A DNA stretch of 64,000 nt, from positions 2,080,001-2,144,000 of the forward strand of contig NZ_JAQNDL010000003.1 in assembly GCF_028368995.1 (NCBI RefSeq), written 5' to 3'. The stretch comes from Nannocystis bainbridge (GTDB lineage Bacteria > Myxococcota_A > Polyangia > Nannocystales > Nannocystaceae). A model generated the notes under the pieces. That model made no database searches and had not been told where the DNA came from. It saw only the letters and a list, made by a program, of their open reading frames with translations. The first letter of the stretch is position 1; every line of letters begins with the position of its first letter. The translations under genes were made by a program, and so were the position numbers. Below are positions 56,372 to 64,000 of the stretch, piece by piece.

Positions 56372-58102
56372 TCACTCGGTCAGCTTGGCGATCGTGTCAC
56401 GGGCGGTCAGCACGGCCTTCTGGTAGCTGATGTCCGTCGTGCCCTTCTCGCCCTTCATGATGTCCTCGAGCGCGTCGACGCACTTCTGGCAGCGCTTGCC
56501 CTGCATGATGCGCGAGGCCAGCAGCGCCATCGTCACGCGCGCGTCGACCTCGCGGACCTTGTAGGCCTGCGCGATCGCCTCGGCGACGGCGGCGTCGCCC
56601 GGCGCGACGCGGGTCAGCTCCATCGCCGCGTTCTCGCGTGCGACCCAGTTGGCGTTGGTGTCCTTGAGGACCTTGAGGTAGCAGTCCTTGTCGGACTTGC
56701 AGGTCTCGAGGGTGGTGAACGCGGGCTCCCACTGCTTGAGGCCCTCGGCGACCTTGGGGTCGGTGTTGGCGGCGAAGGCCTCGCGGACGGCGGCGACCTG
56801 GTCGGGGCCCGCGGCGAGCACGGCGAAGCGACCGGCCTCGATGCGGATCGACAGCGGCGTCTTGTCGGTCGACGGCAGGGTCTCGGGATCGCTCTCGGCG
56901 GTCTTGATGAAGTTGGTGAGGCACTTCACGGCCTCTTCGCCGCCGACGTAGCCGAGCGCCTCGGCCATCATGAACTGCTCCTCGAAGTGGACCGAGGCCT
57001 GGGTGCACGGACAGATCGCGGCCGCGGCCTTGGGGTCGCCGATCTGGCCCAGGGTGGTGACGATGGCGTTGCGCAGGTTCTCGCTCTCCGCCTTGTCCGG
57101 ATCCTCTTCCTCTTCCTCGGCGGCCTTCTTCTTCTTGTCCTTCTTCTTCGGGTCTTCCTTGACCACGGCCTTGCAGGAGTCGGCCGGGATGTTCTTGACC
57201 AGGGCGTCGACGGCCTGCGGGCTGCCGAGCGAGCCGAGCATCAGGGCGGCGGTGAAGCGGACCACCGGGACGGTGCTGCCGGCCTCGACGACCTTCTTGA
57301 TGACGATGTCGTCTTCCTTGCCGGTGAGCAGCTCGACGAGGCGCGGGACGGCCGGCTCGCCGATGCTGTTGAGGGCCAGCTTGACGCGGTTGCTGAGGTT
57401 CTTGCTGTCGGTCTGGTCGTCGGGGATCGAGAAGTTGGCGATCACCAGCGGCTCGATCGCGGCCGGGTCGCGCAGGCTGCCGAGCGCCTCGGCGACGATG
57501 CGGTGGATCTGCGGCGGCCGCATCTCGGTCGGCTGCTGCAGCGCGGCGATCAGCGCCGGCGCGGCCTTGGGGTCCTTCAAGATCCCGAGCGTGCGCGCGA
57601 GTTCGCGGCGGATCTCACCCTCGGCCTTGCCCTTGTCCTTGCTCGGGTCCTTCGTCAGGCCCTCGAACAGGCCGAGCACCGCGTCGGTCGAGCCGGTGGC
57701 CTTGGCGCGCTGGATGCCCTGCAGGGCGATCAGCACGCGCTTGCGGCCCTCCTCCGAGCCGTCGAGGGTGCTGAGCGCCTTGCTCCACAGCGGGGCGGCC
57801 TCGGGCCGGCCGATGTCGCGGAGCATCTCGAGCATGTTGACCTGGTGCTCCGGCGACGAGTCCCACTGCTCCTCGAACACCGGGACCACCTTCTGCACGA
57901 ACTCGTCGAGCCGCGGCGCGTTGTCGGGCGAGGTGATGACGGTCTTGACCAGCTCCTTCATGCCCGAGAAGCCGATGCCCTTGGCGCTGGTGTTGCGGAT
58001 GTTCTCGATGTGCGTCTCGTAGGCGTAAGGGTCGGGCTCCTTGCAACCAGTGGTCGTGAACACCGACAGGGCGAACAGGGACGAGAGAAGGAGCTTGCGC
58101 AT
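56372..58102 (-). CDS. HEAT-repeat lipoprotein
   Basis: Lipobox TTGC; repeated xALGxLxDPxAxxxL (PBS-lyase-type HEAT) units. Confidence 0.85.
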   Translation of the reverse strand: MRKLLLSSLFALSVFTTTGCKEPDPYAYETHIENIRNTSAKGIGFSGMKELVKTVITSPDNAPRLDEFVQKVVPVFEEQWDSSPEHQVNMLEMLRDIGRPEAAPLWSKALSTLDGSEEGRKRVLIALQGIQRAKATGSTDAVLGLFEGLTKDPSKDKGKAEGEIRRELARTLGILKDPKAAPALIAALQQPTEMRPPQIHRIVAEALGSLRDPAAIEPLVIANFSIPDDQTDSKNLSNRVKLALNSIGEPAVPRLVELLTGKEDDIVIKKVVEAGSTVPVVRFTAALMLGSLGSPQAVDALVKNIPADSCKAVVKEDPKKKDKKKKAAEEEEEDPDKAESENLRNAIVTTLGQIGDPKAAAAICPCTQASVHFEEQFMMAEALGYVGGEEAVKCLTNFIKTAESDPETLPSTDKTPLSIRIEAGRFAVLAAGPDQVAAVREAFAANTDPKVAEGLKQWEPAFTTLETCKSDKDCYLKVLKDTNANWVARENAAMELTRVAPGDAAVAEAIAQAYKVREVDARVTMALLASRIMQGKRCQKCVDALEDIMKGEKGTTDISYQKAVLTARDTIAKLTE

Positions 58103-58376
58103 CAGGCCGACCTTTCAGGAACAGGCCCGCTCGGGCCGAGGAGGAGAGATTGGGAGATCCGGCTTTATGACGGCCGAATACGGGCCGCACGGGCCATGAC
58201 AGAGCTACGCCGATGTTACCAAAGGCGCGCGCGGGATGTTTGCCGCAGTTTCGTCGCGCGTCAAAAAACCCAGGCCCGACGAGGGCCGGCGCCCGAAAGG
58301 AGCACCAGACGTCGGTTGGCCGCCGCGTCGGTCGCGGCGGCGGGCTCGATGACACGAACGCGTCGCGGGGGAGCGC

Positions 58377-59081
58377 TCAGATGCGCTCGACCTTGTGCTT
58401 GCCGCGAGCCAGGATCCGCGGGCGGGCGACCTTCTTGGCCCGCTTGGCGCTGTCGCCCCACTCCGCTTCCTCGCCCTCGCCGTACGGGTCGCTCGCCTGC
58501 TCCTCGAGGCGAGGACGGGCCAGCGACGGCTTGGCGATGGCGCTGTCACGCCGCGGGGCGGTCCGCTGCGGGGGCAGCCGAACGCCGTTCTGAGTGGCGT
58601 ACGGGGCCGCGGGGCGGGCCTGCGCCGGGCGGGCCTGCGCCTGCGCCTGCGTCCACTGGCGACCCTCGCGGCGGTCACGGGCGGCCTCGGCGTCGGTCTC
58701 TTCTTCGTCCTCGTCGGGCGGCTCCATGCTGACCTGGCCGCGGAAGGCGGCGCCGGGAGCGACGACGAGGCGGGGGGCCCGGAGATCGCCGACGACGCGG
58801 GCGCTGGCGGCGAGCACGATGCTGCCAGCGGCGGTCACGTTGCCGACCACGGTGCCGGCGACGACCACGTCATCGGCGTGCACGTCGGCGGCGATGATGC
58901 CCTCGGGCTCGACGTAGAGCGTGGCAGAGAGGTGGATGCGGCCCTCGATCGTGCCGTGGACGCGCACGTCCTCCTGGCCAGAAAGACGACCGACGATGTG
59001 CGTGCCGGGGGCGACGACGGTGGAGGCCTCGTCGGGCGAGCCGACAGCCGAGTGCGTGGAATCCGACTGCGACACCTTCAT
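58377..59081 (-). CDS. Bactofilin with C-terminal extension (BacP-like)
   Basis: TVVAPGTHIVGRLSG...GAAFRGQVSM bactofilin domain plus a disordered tail. Confidence 0.88.
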   Translation of the reverse strand: MKVSQSDSTHSAVGSPDEASTVVAPGTHIVGRLSGQEDVRVHGTIEGRIHLSATLYVEPEGIIAADVHADDVVVAGTVVGNVTAAGSIVLAASARVVGDLRAPRLVVAPGAAFRGQVSMEPPDEDEEETDAEAARDRREGRQWTQAQAQARPAQARPAAPYATQNGVRLPPQRTAPRRDSAIAKPSLARPRLEEQASDPYGEGEEAEWGDSAKRAKKVARPRILARGKHKVERI

Positions 59082-59392
59082 CCCCCCATGTCAACGTTGC
59101 CCTTGAACGAGGCACCGTCGGCGATGAGGATCCGCGGGGCGCGGATGTCACCGATGACGGTGCTGCTCGGGCGCAGCTCGGCGCGCTCGCTGGCGGCGAC
59201 GTCGCCGCGGAGCGTGCCCTGGACTGTGATCGTCGCGGCGTCGACGGTGGCCTCGACGACCCCGCCGTCCTCGATGACGAGGGTGTCCCGGACCTGGATC
59301 CGGCCCTTCACGGTGCCTCGGACGACGAGGTGCTCTTCGCCGGTGATCTCGCCGTCGATGAGGATGCTGGAGCCGATGACGGTGCTGGACAT
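59078..59392 (-). CDS. Bactofilin (BacO-like)
   Basis: ATG 59392; TVIGSSILIDGEITG...GASFKGNVDM. Confidence 0.9.
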   Translation of the reverse strand: MSSTVIGSSILIDGEITGEEHLVVRGTVKGRIQVRDTLVIEDGGVVEATVDAATITVQGTLRGDVAASERAELRPSSTVIGDIRAPRILIADGASFKGNVDMGG

Positions 59393-59423
59393 GGTGTGCC
59401 TGCGAAGTCGGGGAATTGAAACG

Positions 59424-59798
59424 TCAGCGAGGACGCGGTTGCCGGAGGACGTTGCCGGGCAGCGGGACGTCCATCTCGACGGCGCCCTTGAACTGCGCGC
59501 CGTCGGCGATCTCGACGCGCGGGGCGCGAAGGTTGCCGACCACGCGGGCGCCCTCGCGGAGGGTGATGCCCTCGGCGGCGACGACGTCACCCTCGACCTG
59601 GCCGTGGATCTCGACGCTGTCGGCCTCGATGTCGGCAGCGACCATCGCCGGCCCGGCGATGAGGAGGTGCGCGGACAAGGCGATGCTGCCCTCCACCCTG
59701 CCCTGCACTACGACGTCTTCCTCGCCGACGAGAGACCCGCGGACGGTGATCCGTGGGCCGATGACACAGGGTGCTTCGTGGACGGCAGATCCAGCCAT
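59424..59798 (-). CDS. Bactofilin (BacN-like)
   Basis: ATG 59798; VIGPRITVRGSLVG...GAQFKGAVEM. Confidence 0.9.
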   Translation of the reverse strand: MAGSAVHEAPCVIGPRITVRGSLVGEEDVVVQGRVEGSIALSAHLLIAGPAMVAADIEADSVEIHGQVEGDVVAAEGITLREGARVVGNLRAPRVEIADGAQFKGAVEMDVPLPGNVLRQPRPR

Positions 59799-59985
59799 GA
59801 GCGTTACGCCGGCGAAGAGTAACGGCGGGTCTGCGCCGCGGTCAAGCGCAGGTGACGGTCGGGGCCGGCGCCGCGGCGCCTGTGGGCCGATCGCACGCGG
59901 CGGCGGCCTGCAATTCGCTGTCAAGTCGCGCCAAACGCCACGTACACTGACTCCCCGCCAGACCTGGCGACGACCCGGAGCCTCC

Positions 59986-61392
59986 GTGAGCAGCACCCCC
60001 GAGACCCCCGCCTCCAGCGCGCCGCTGCAGCCCGAAGACCTCACGGGGTTCTTCCGCCGCGCCGAACGCCCCGACCGCCGGACCCACAAGATCGGCACCG
60101 AACACGAAAAGTTCGGCGTGTTCGTCGCCGACGGCGAGTACCGCCCGGTCGAGTACGAGGCCCACGTCCTGGCGGTCATGAATAGCTTCATGGAGCGGTT
60201 CGGCTGGCAGCCGGGCGGCGAACGCGGCAACGACGGGGCGCTCATCAGCCTCGTACGCGACGGCGCCTCGATCACGCTCGAGCCGGGCGGCCAGTTCGAG
60301 CTCAGCGGCGCACCCCTGGCCGACGTCCACCTCACCTGCCAGGAGTTCACGCAGCACCAGCGCGAGCTTCACGCGGTGTCGCAGGAGCTGGGGATCGCCT
60401 GGATGGCGTCGGGCTTCCATCCGTTCGCCACCCGCGAAGAGATCCACTGGATGCCCAAGCCGCGCTACGCGGTGATGCGGGCCTACTTGCCGACCGTCGG
60501 CCAGCGCGGCATCGACATGATGCTGCGCACGTGCACGGTGCAGGCCAACTTCGACTTCGCGTCGGAGGAGCAAGCCGGGACCCGGCTGCGCCTGGCGATG
60601 GGGGTGTCGGCGCTGACGACGGCGCTGTTCGCCAACTCCCCTTATAAGGAGGGCGAGGACCGCGGGTTCGCGTCGCTGCGCAGCGACAACTGGACCGACG
60701 TCGACGCCGCCCGCTGCGGGCTGCTGCCGCTGGCGTTCGAGGCGCCGTTCTCGTACGAGCGCTACGCCGCGTGGGCGCTGGCGGTGCCGATGTTCTTCAT
60801 CCGGCGCCAGGGCCGCTACATCCCGCTGCACGTGCCGTTCCGCGAGTACATGGCGACCGGCTACGTCGACCCGGACGGGGTCCGCCACACGGCGACGCTG
60901 GGCGACTGGGAGCTGCACCTCAGCACGCTGTTCCCGGAGATCCGCCTGAAGCCGTACCTCGAGGTCCGCGGCTGTGATTCGGTGCAGCAGAACATCCTCT
61001 GCGCGCTGCCGGCGCTGTGGAAGGGGCTGCTCTACGACGACGACGCCGGCGAGGCAGCGTGGGAGCTGGTGGCCGACCTCGACTTCGGCGAGCGGCTGAC
61101 GCTGTGGTCCGAGTGTCGCCAGGCGGCCCTGGCGTCGCCGCGCGTCCGCGCGCTGTGCCAGCGCCTGCTCACCATCGCGCGCGAGGGGCTCGACCGCGCC
61201 GACATCCGCGACCGTCGCGGCCGCACGGAGGCGTTCTTCCTCGACCCGCTCGAGGCGCTGGTCGCCGCCGGCACGTCGGCCGCCGACGTCGCGCGAGCCA
61301 AGATCGGCCCCCACCCCGGCCGCGACGTGGCGGCCCGCCGCGCGTTCGTCCGCGCGTTCCACTTCGCCGGCGCCGGGCTCGAAGAGGGCTGA
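59986..61392 (+). CDS. gshA: Glutamate--cysteine ligase (plant/alphaproteobacterial GCS2 type)
   Basis: IGTEHEKF, LEPGGQFELSG, MPKPRY, TCTVQANFD, LFANSP, LFPEIRLKPYLEVRG. Confidence 0.92.
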   Translation: MSSTPETPASSAPLQPEDLTGFFRRAERPDRRTHKIGTEHEKFGVFVADGEYRPVEYEAHVLAVMNSFMERFGWQPGGERGNDGALISLVRDGASITLEPGGQFELSGAPLADVHLTCQEFTQHQRELHAVSQELGIAWMASGFHPFATREEIHWMPKPRYAVMRAYLPTVGQRGIDMMLRTCTVQANFDFASEEQAGTRLRLAMGVSALTTALFANSPYKEGEDRGFASLRSDNWTDVDAARCGLLPLAFEAPFSYERYAAWALAVPMFFIRRQGRYIPLHVPFREYMATGYVDPDGVRHTATLGDWELHLSTLFPEIRLKPYLEVRGCDSVQQNILCALPALWKGLLYDDDAGEAAWELVADLDFGERLTLWSECRQAALASPRVRALCQRLLTIAREGLDRADIRDRRGRTEAFFLDPLEALVAAGTSAADVARAKIGPHPGRDVAARRAFVRAFHFAGAGLEEG

Positions 61393-61461
61393 CCTCTCGG
61401 GCATGTTCTCGAGGGCATGTCCGAGAGGGCATGTCCGCAGGAACATGACCTAACAAGCAGG
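61388..61461. repeat. Five overlapping copies of the 18-bp palindrome at 14-bp period
   Basis: gctgac-ctctcg-ggCATGtt-ctcgag-ggCATGtc-cgagag-ggCATGtc-cgcagg-aaCATGac-ctaaca-agcagg. Confidence 0.85.
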
Positions 61462-61541
61462 AGCCGCGCGGGCGAGGAAGCGGACGCTCGCGCCTCCGGT
61501 CAAACAGGGCGCGGCGCGAGGACATGTCCCTCGCGCCGGCC

Positions 61542-63296
61542 TCACTCGTCGTCGTCGCGCAGGTAGGACGGCAGGTCCTCGATCAGCTCGACGCGGCTCA
61601 GCTCCTGGATGTCGTCGTCGACCGGCGGGGGCGGCGGAGGCTTGCGCGCCGGCGGGGGCGGCGGCTTGCGCGGGTTCGGCGGCTTGGGGCTCGGGCCGCG
61701 CGGGCCGACCGCGGCCGCGCCGGAGCCGGCGCGCGGCTTGCCGACCGGGGCGCCGAGCTCGACGACCTTCTTCTTGGGAGTGCGGTGGCGCAGGACCGGG
61801 GCGCCGCTTTCGGCGTCGACGTCGATCGCCGGCAGGCCGGGCATCGGCGGGGTGTCGCGGGTGCGCGCCGGTTGGGCGACCGGCTCGTCGTCGTCGTCGT
61901 CGAAGCCGTGCGCCGGCGGCAGGTTGGGCGCGTCGTCGTCGTCGTCGAGCAGCGCGCCGCGCACGTCCTCCATCGACGAGCGACGCACCGGGGCCTGCGA
62001 GCGCGTCGGCGGCGGCGACTCATCGTCGTCGTCGTCGTGCAGCACGCCGCGTACGTCGTCGATCGACGAGCGACGCACGGGCGCCTGCGAGCGCGGCGGC
62101 GGTGACTCGTCGTCATCGTCGTCGTGCAGCGCGTGGCGCTCGTCTTCCATGGACGGACGGCGCACCGGCGCCTGCGGCGAGCGCATCGGCGGCGGCGCGT
62201 CGTCGTCGTCGTCCAGCACCCTGCGCACGTCGTCGATCGACGAGCGGCGCACCGGCGGCGAGACGGGCCGGCGCGCGTCCTCGACCGCGGCGCGATGCAC
62301 CGGCCGGATGTCTTCGCGGCGCGGATCCTCGGGCGCCGCGTGGCGCACCGGCGGCGCGTCGTCGTCGTCGATCAGGACGCCGCGCGCGTCGTCCAGCGAG
62401 GCCCGCCGCGCCGGCGCGTCGTCGCGGCGGCGCAGGTCGTCGAACGCGGCGCGCCGGACCGGCCCAGCGTCCTCGAACATGCCGCCGCGACCGAGGTCGA
62501 GCGGCGGATCGTCGTCGCGCGGCTCGTCGTCGTCACTCAGGGTGGGCAGCGGCAGGTCGTCGTCGTCGTCCTGGATCGGCATCCGGACGTCGTCGTCGTC
62601 GTCGATGAAGCCCGACGCGTGCGCGCTGGTGTGCGAGGACACCGTCGGCGCGCGCGGTTCGTCGCGGTCGTACCGCATGCTGGGGTAGAACAGGTCGCTG
62701 ACGCCCGAGCCCTCGCTCGCGTCCTCGTCGGGGATCCCCAGCACCAGGGCCGCCGACTCTTCGCTGCTGATGCCGAGCGCCGCGGCCAGCGGCAAGGTCG
62801 CCGAGAGGTCGGCCGGCGGCGAGTGGTTCGACGACGAGTAGTCGCTCTCGCGCTGGGCCGCGAGCGCGAAGCTCCGCAACAGCGTCGGACGCGGCTCCTC
62901 CGCGGCCGGCTCCTGCTGGCGGTACGGGTACGGGCGGCTGAGCTTGAGCATCGACTGGAAGCGGGCGAACCCGCCGAGCCCGGAGTCGGGGTCGTCGTCG
63001 ATCACCGGGGCCGACGGCTGCGACGAGGTCGCCGCCGTGACCGCCTGGCGCAGGTCGGCCGGGATGTCGCCGTCGAGCTCGTCGAACTCGGTGCGGAAGT
63101 CGTCGCTGTCGCGGCGGACCGGCGCGCTGTCCCTCGAGACATGTCCCGAAGGACCGCCGAGGAGCTCGCCCAGCGTCGAGTCAGGGTCGAGGCCCTGGAG
63201 CAGCACGTTGGCCCGCGCGCGCGCCCACGCGAGCAAGGCCGGCACTTCCCTGGGGCCGTAGCCTTCGCGCGCGAGCAGGTCGTCGGGCTGCGGCAT
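61542..63296 (-). CDS. Acidic, Pro-rich low-complexity hypothetical protein with internal repeats
   Basis: ATG 39 bp after the alaS stop; repeated PVRRSS[IM][DE]DVRxxLxDDDDD units. Confidence 0.75.
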   Translation of the reverse strand: MPQPDDLLAREGYGPREVPALLAWARARANVLLQGLDPDSTLGELLGGPSGHVSRDSAPVRRDSDDFRTEFDELDGDIPADLRQAVTAATSSQPSAPVIDDDPDSGLGGFARFQSMLKLSRPYPYRQQEPAAEEPRPTLLRSFALAAQRESDYSSSNHSPPADLSATLPLAAALGISSEESAALVLGIPDEDASEGSGVSDLFYPSMRYDRDEPRAPTVSSHTSAHASGFIDDDDDVRMPIQDDDDDLPLPTLSDDDEPRDDDPPLDLGRGGMFEDAGPVRRAAFDDLRRRDDAPARRASLDDARGVLIDDDDAPPVRHAAPEDPRREDIRPVHRAAVEDARRPVSPPVRRSSIDDVRRVLDDDDDAPPPMRSPQAPVRRPSMEDERHALHDDDDDESPPPRSQAPVRRSSIDDVRGVLHDDDDDESPPPTRSQAPVRRSSMEDVRGALLDDDDDAPNLPPAHGFDDDDDEPVAQPARTRDTPPMPGLPAIDVDAESGAPVLRHRTPKKKVVELGAPVGKPRAGSGAAAVGPRGPSPKPPNPRKPPPPPARKPPPPPPVDDDIQELSRVELIEDLPSYLRDDDE

Positions 63297-63334
63297 GGAA
63301 TTTCACCGTATCACAGCGCGCCCGGGCCAGGCGC

Positions 63335-64000
63335 TCAGCCGAGCTGCGCGGCGAGGGCGCTGCCGGCGGCCTCGATGGCAGCGGGCAAGCCGGCGGCGTT
63401 GGGGCCTCCGGCCTGGGCCAGGTCGGGCCTGCCCCCACCGCGTCCGCCGACGTGCGCGGCGAGGGCGGCGATGAGGTTGCCGGCGTGGACCTTGCCGGCG
63501 AGGTCCTTGGTGACGGCGACCAGCAGCGAGGCCTTGCCGTCCTTCTCGGCGCCGAGGACGATCACGCCCGAGCCGAGGCGATCGCGCAGGGTGTCGGCGG
63601 CTTCGCGCAGGGCCTTGGGGTCGGCGACGCTGACGACCTTGGCGAGCAGCTTGACGCCGGCGACCTCGGCGATCGCGTCGGCGCTGCCGCCTCCGCCGAC
63701 GGCGAGCTTGCGCTGCAATTCGCCGATCTCGCGCTCGCGCTTCTGCGCGCTCGCCTGCAGGCGACCGAGCTTGTCGAGCACGTCGCCGGGGCCGCTGGCG
63801 TGCAGCTCGCTGGCGGCCTTGTCGAGGATCTGCACGGTCTGCTGGAGGTGGTTCAGCGCGTTCATGCCGGTCACCGCCTCGATGCGGCGCACGCCCTGGG
63901 CGATGCCGACCTCGCTGACGATGGCGAACAGGCCGATGTCGCCGGCGCGGTGGACGTGGGTGCCGCCGCACAGCTCGACGCTGTCGCTGCCGATCCGGAC
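63335..64000 (-). CDS. alaS: Alanine--tRNA ligase, C-terminal part (runs off the window)
   Basis: ELCGGTHV, GVRRIEAVTG, GGRGGGRPDLAQAGG (DHHA1 domain). Confidence 0.96.
   Translation of the reverse strand, partial: VRIGSDSVELCGGTHVHRAGDIGLFAIVSEVGIAQGVRRIEAVTGMNALNHLQQTVQILDKAASELHASGPGDVLDKLGRLQASAQKREREIGELQRKLAVGGGGSADAIAEVAGVKLLAKVVSVADPKALREAADTLRDRLGSGVIVLGAEKDGKASLLVAVTKDLAGKVHAGNLIAALAAHVGGRGGGRPDLAQAGGPNAAGLPAAIEAAGSALAAQLG

Noticed and set aside
61388-61461. Repeat with variable spacers as a possible mini-CRISPR
   Set aside because: An 8-bp core with 6-bp spacers is far too short, and there are no cas genes in the window

Overview
Very GC-rich window from a myxobacterium-like genome; this assignment is inferred from the bacNOP-type bactofilin trio, the stand-alone Ser/Thr kinase, the receiver/J-domain hybrid and the divergent str-operon EF-G. 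About 22.1-54.8 kb is the core translation/transcription supercluster on the minus strand: tRNA-Thr/Tyr/Gly/Thr, tuf, rpmG, tRNA-Trp, secE, nusG, rplKAJL, rpoBC, rpsLG, fusA, tuf and the S10, spc and alpha operons. It lacks rplC, rpsN, adk and map at their usual positions and has a degenerate IF-1-like gene. The left flank carries ppx, fmt, priA, lon, a kinase and a strongly degenerate, split type III/flagellar-type export gate (fliO-P-Q-R-like plus a membrane-only flhB-like gene). The right flank carries TPR and HEAT lipoproteins, three bactofilins, a glutamate-cysteine ligase and the 3' end of alaS. The most striking unexplained signal is a degenerate 18-bp palindrome, C[AC]TGTC-N6-GACA[GT]G, which often chains at a 14-bp period. 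About 40 copies were found by eye in intergenic DNA and superimposed on coding sequences, dense in the flanks and rare in the ribosomal-protein/RNAP block. All calls come from reading the sequence; no searches were run.
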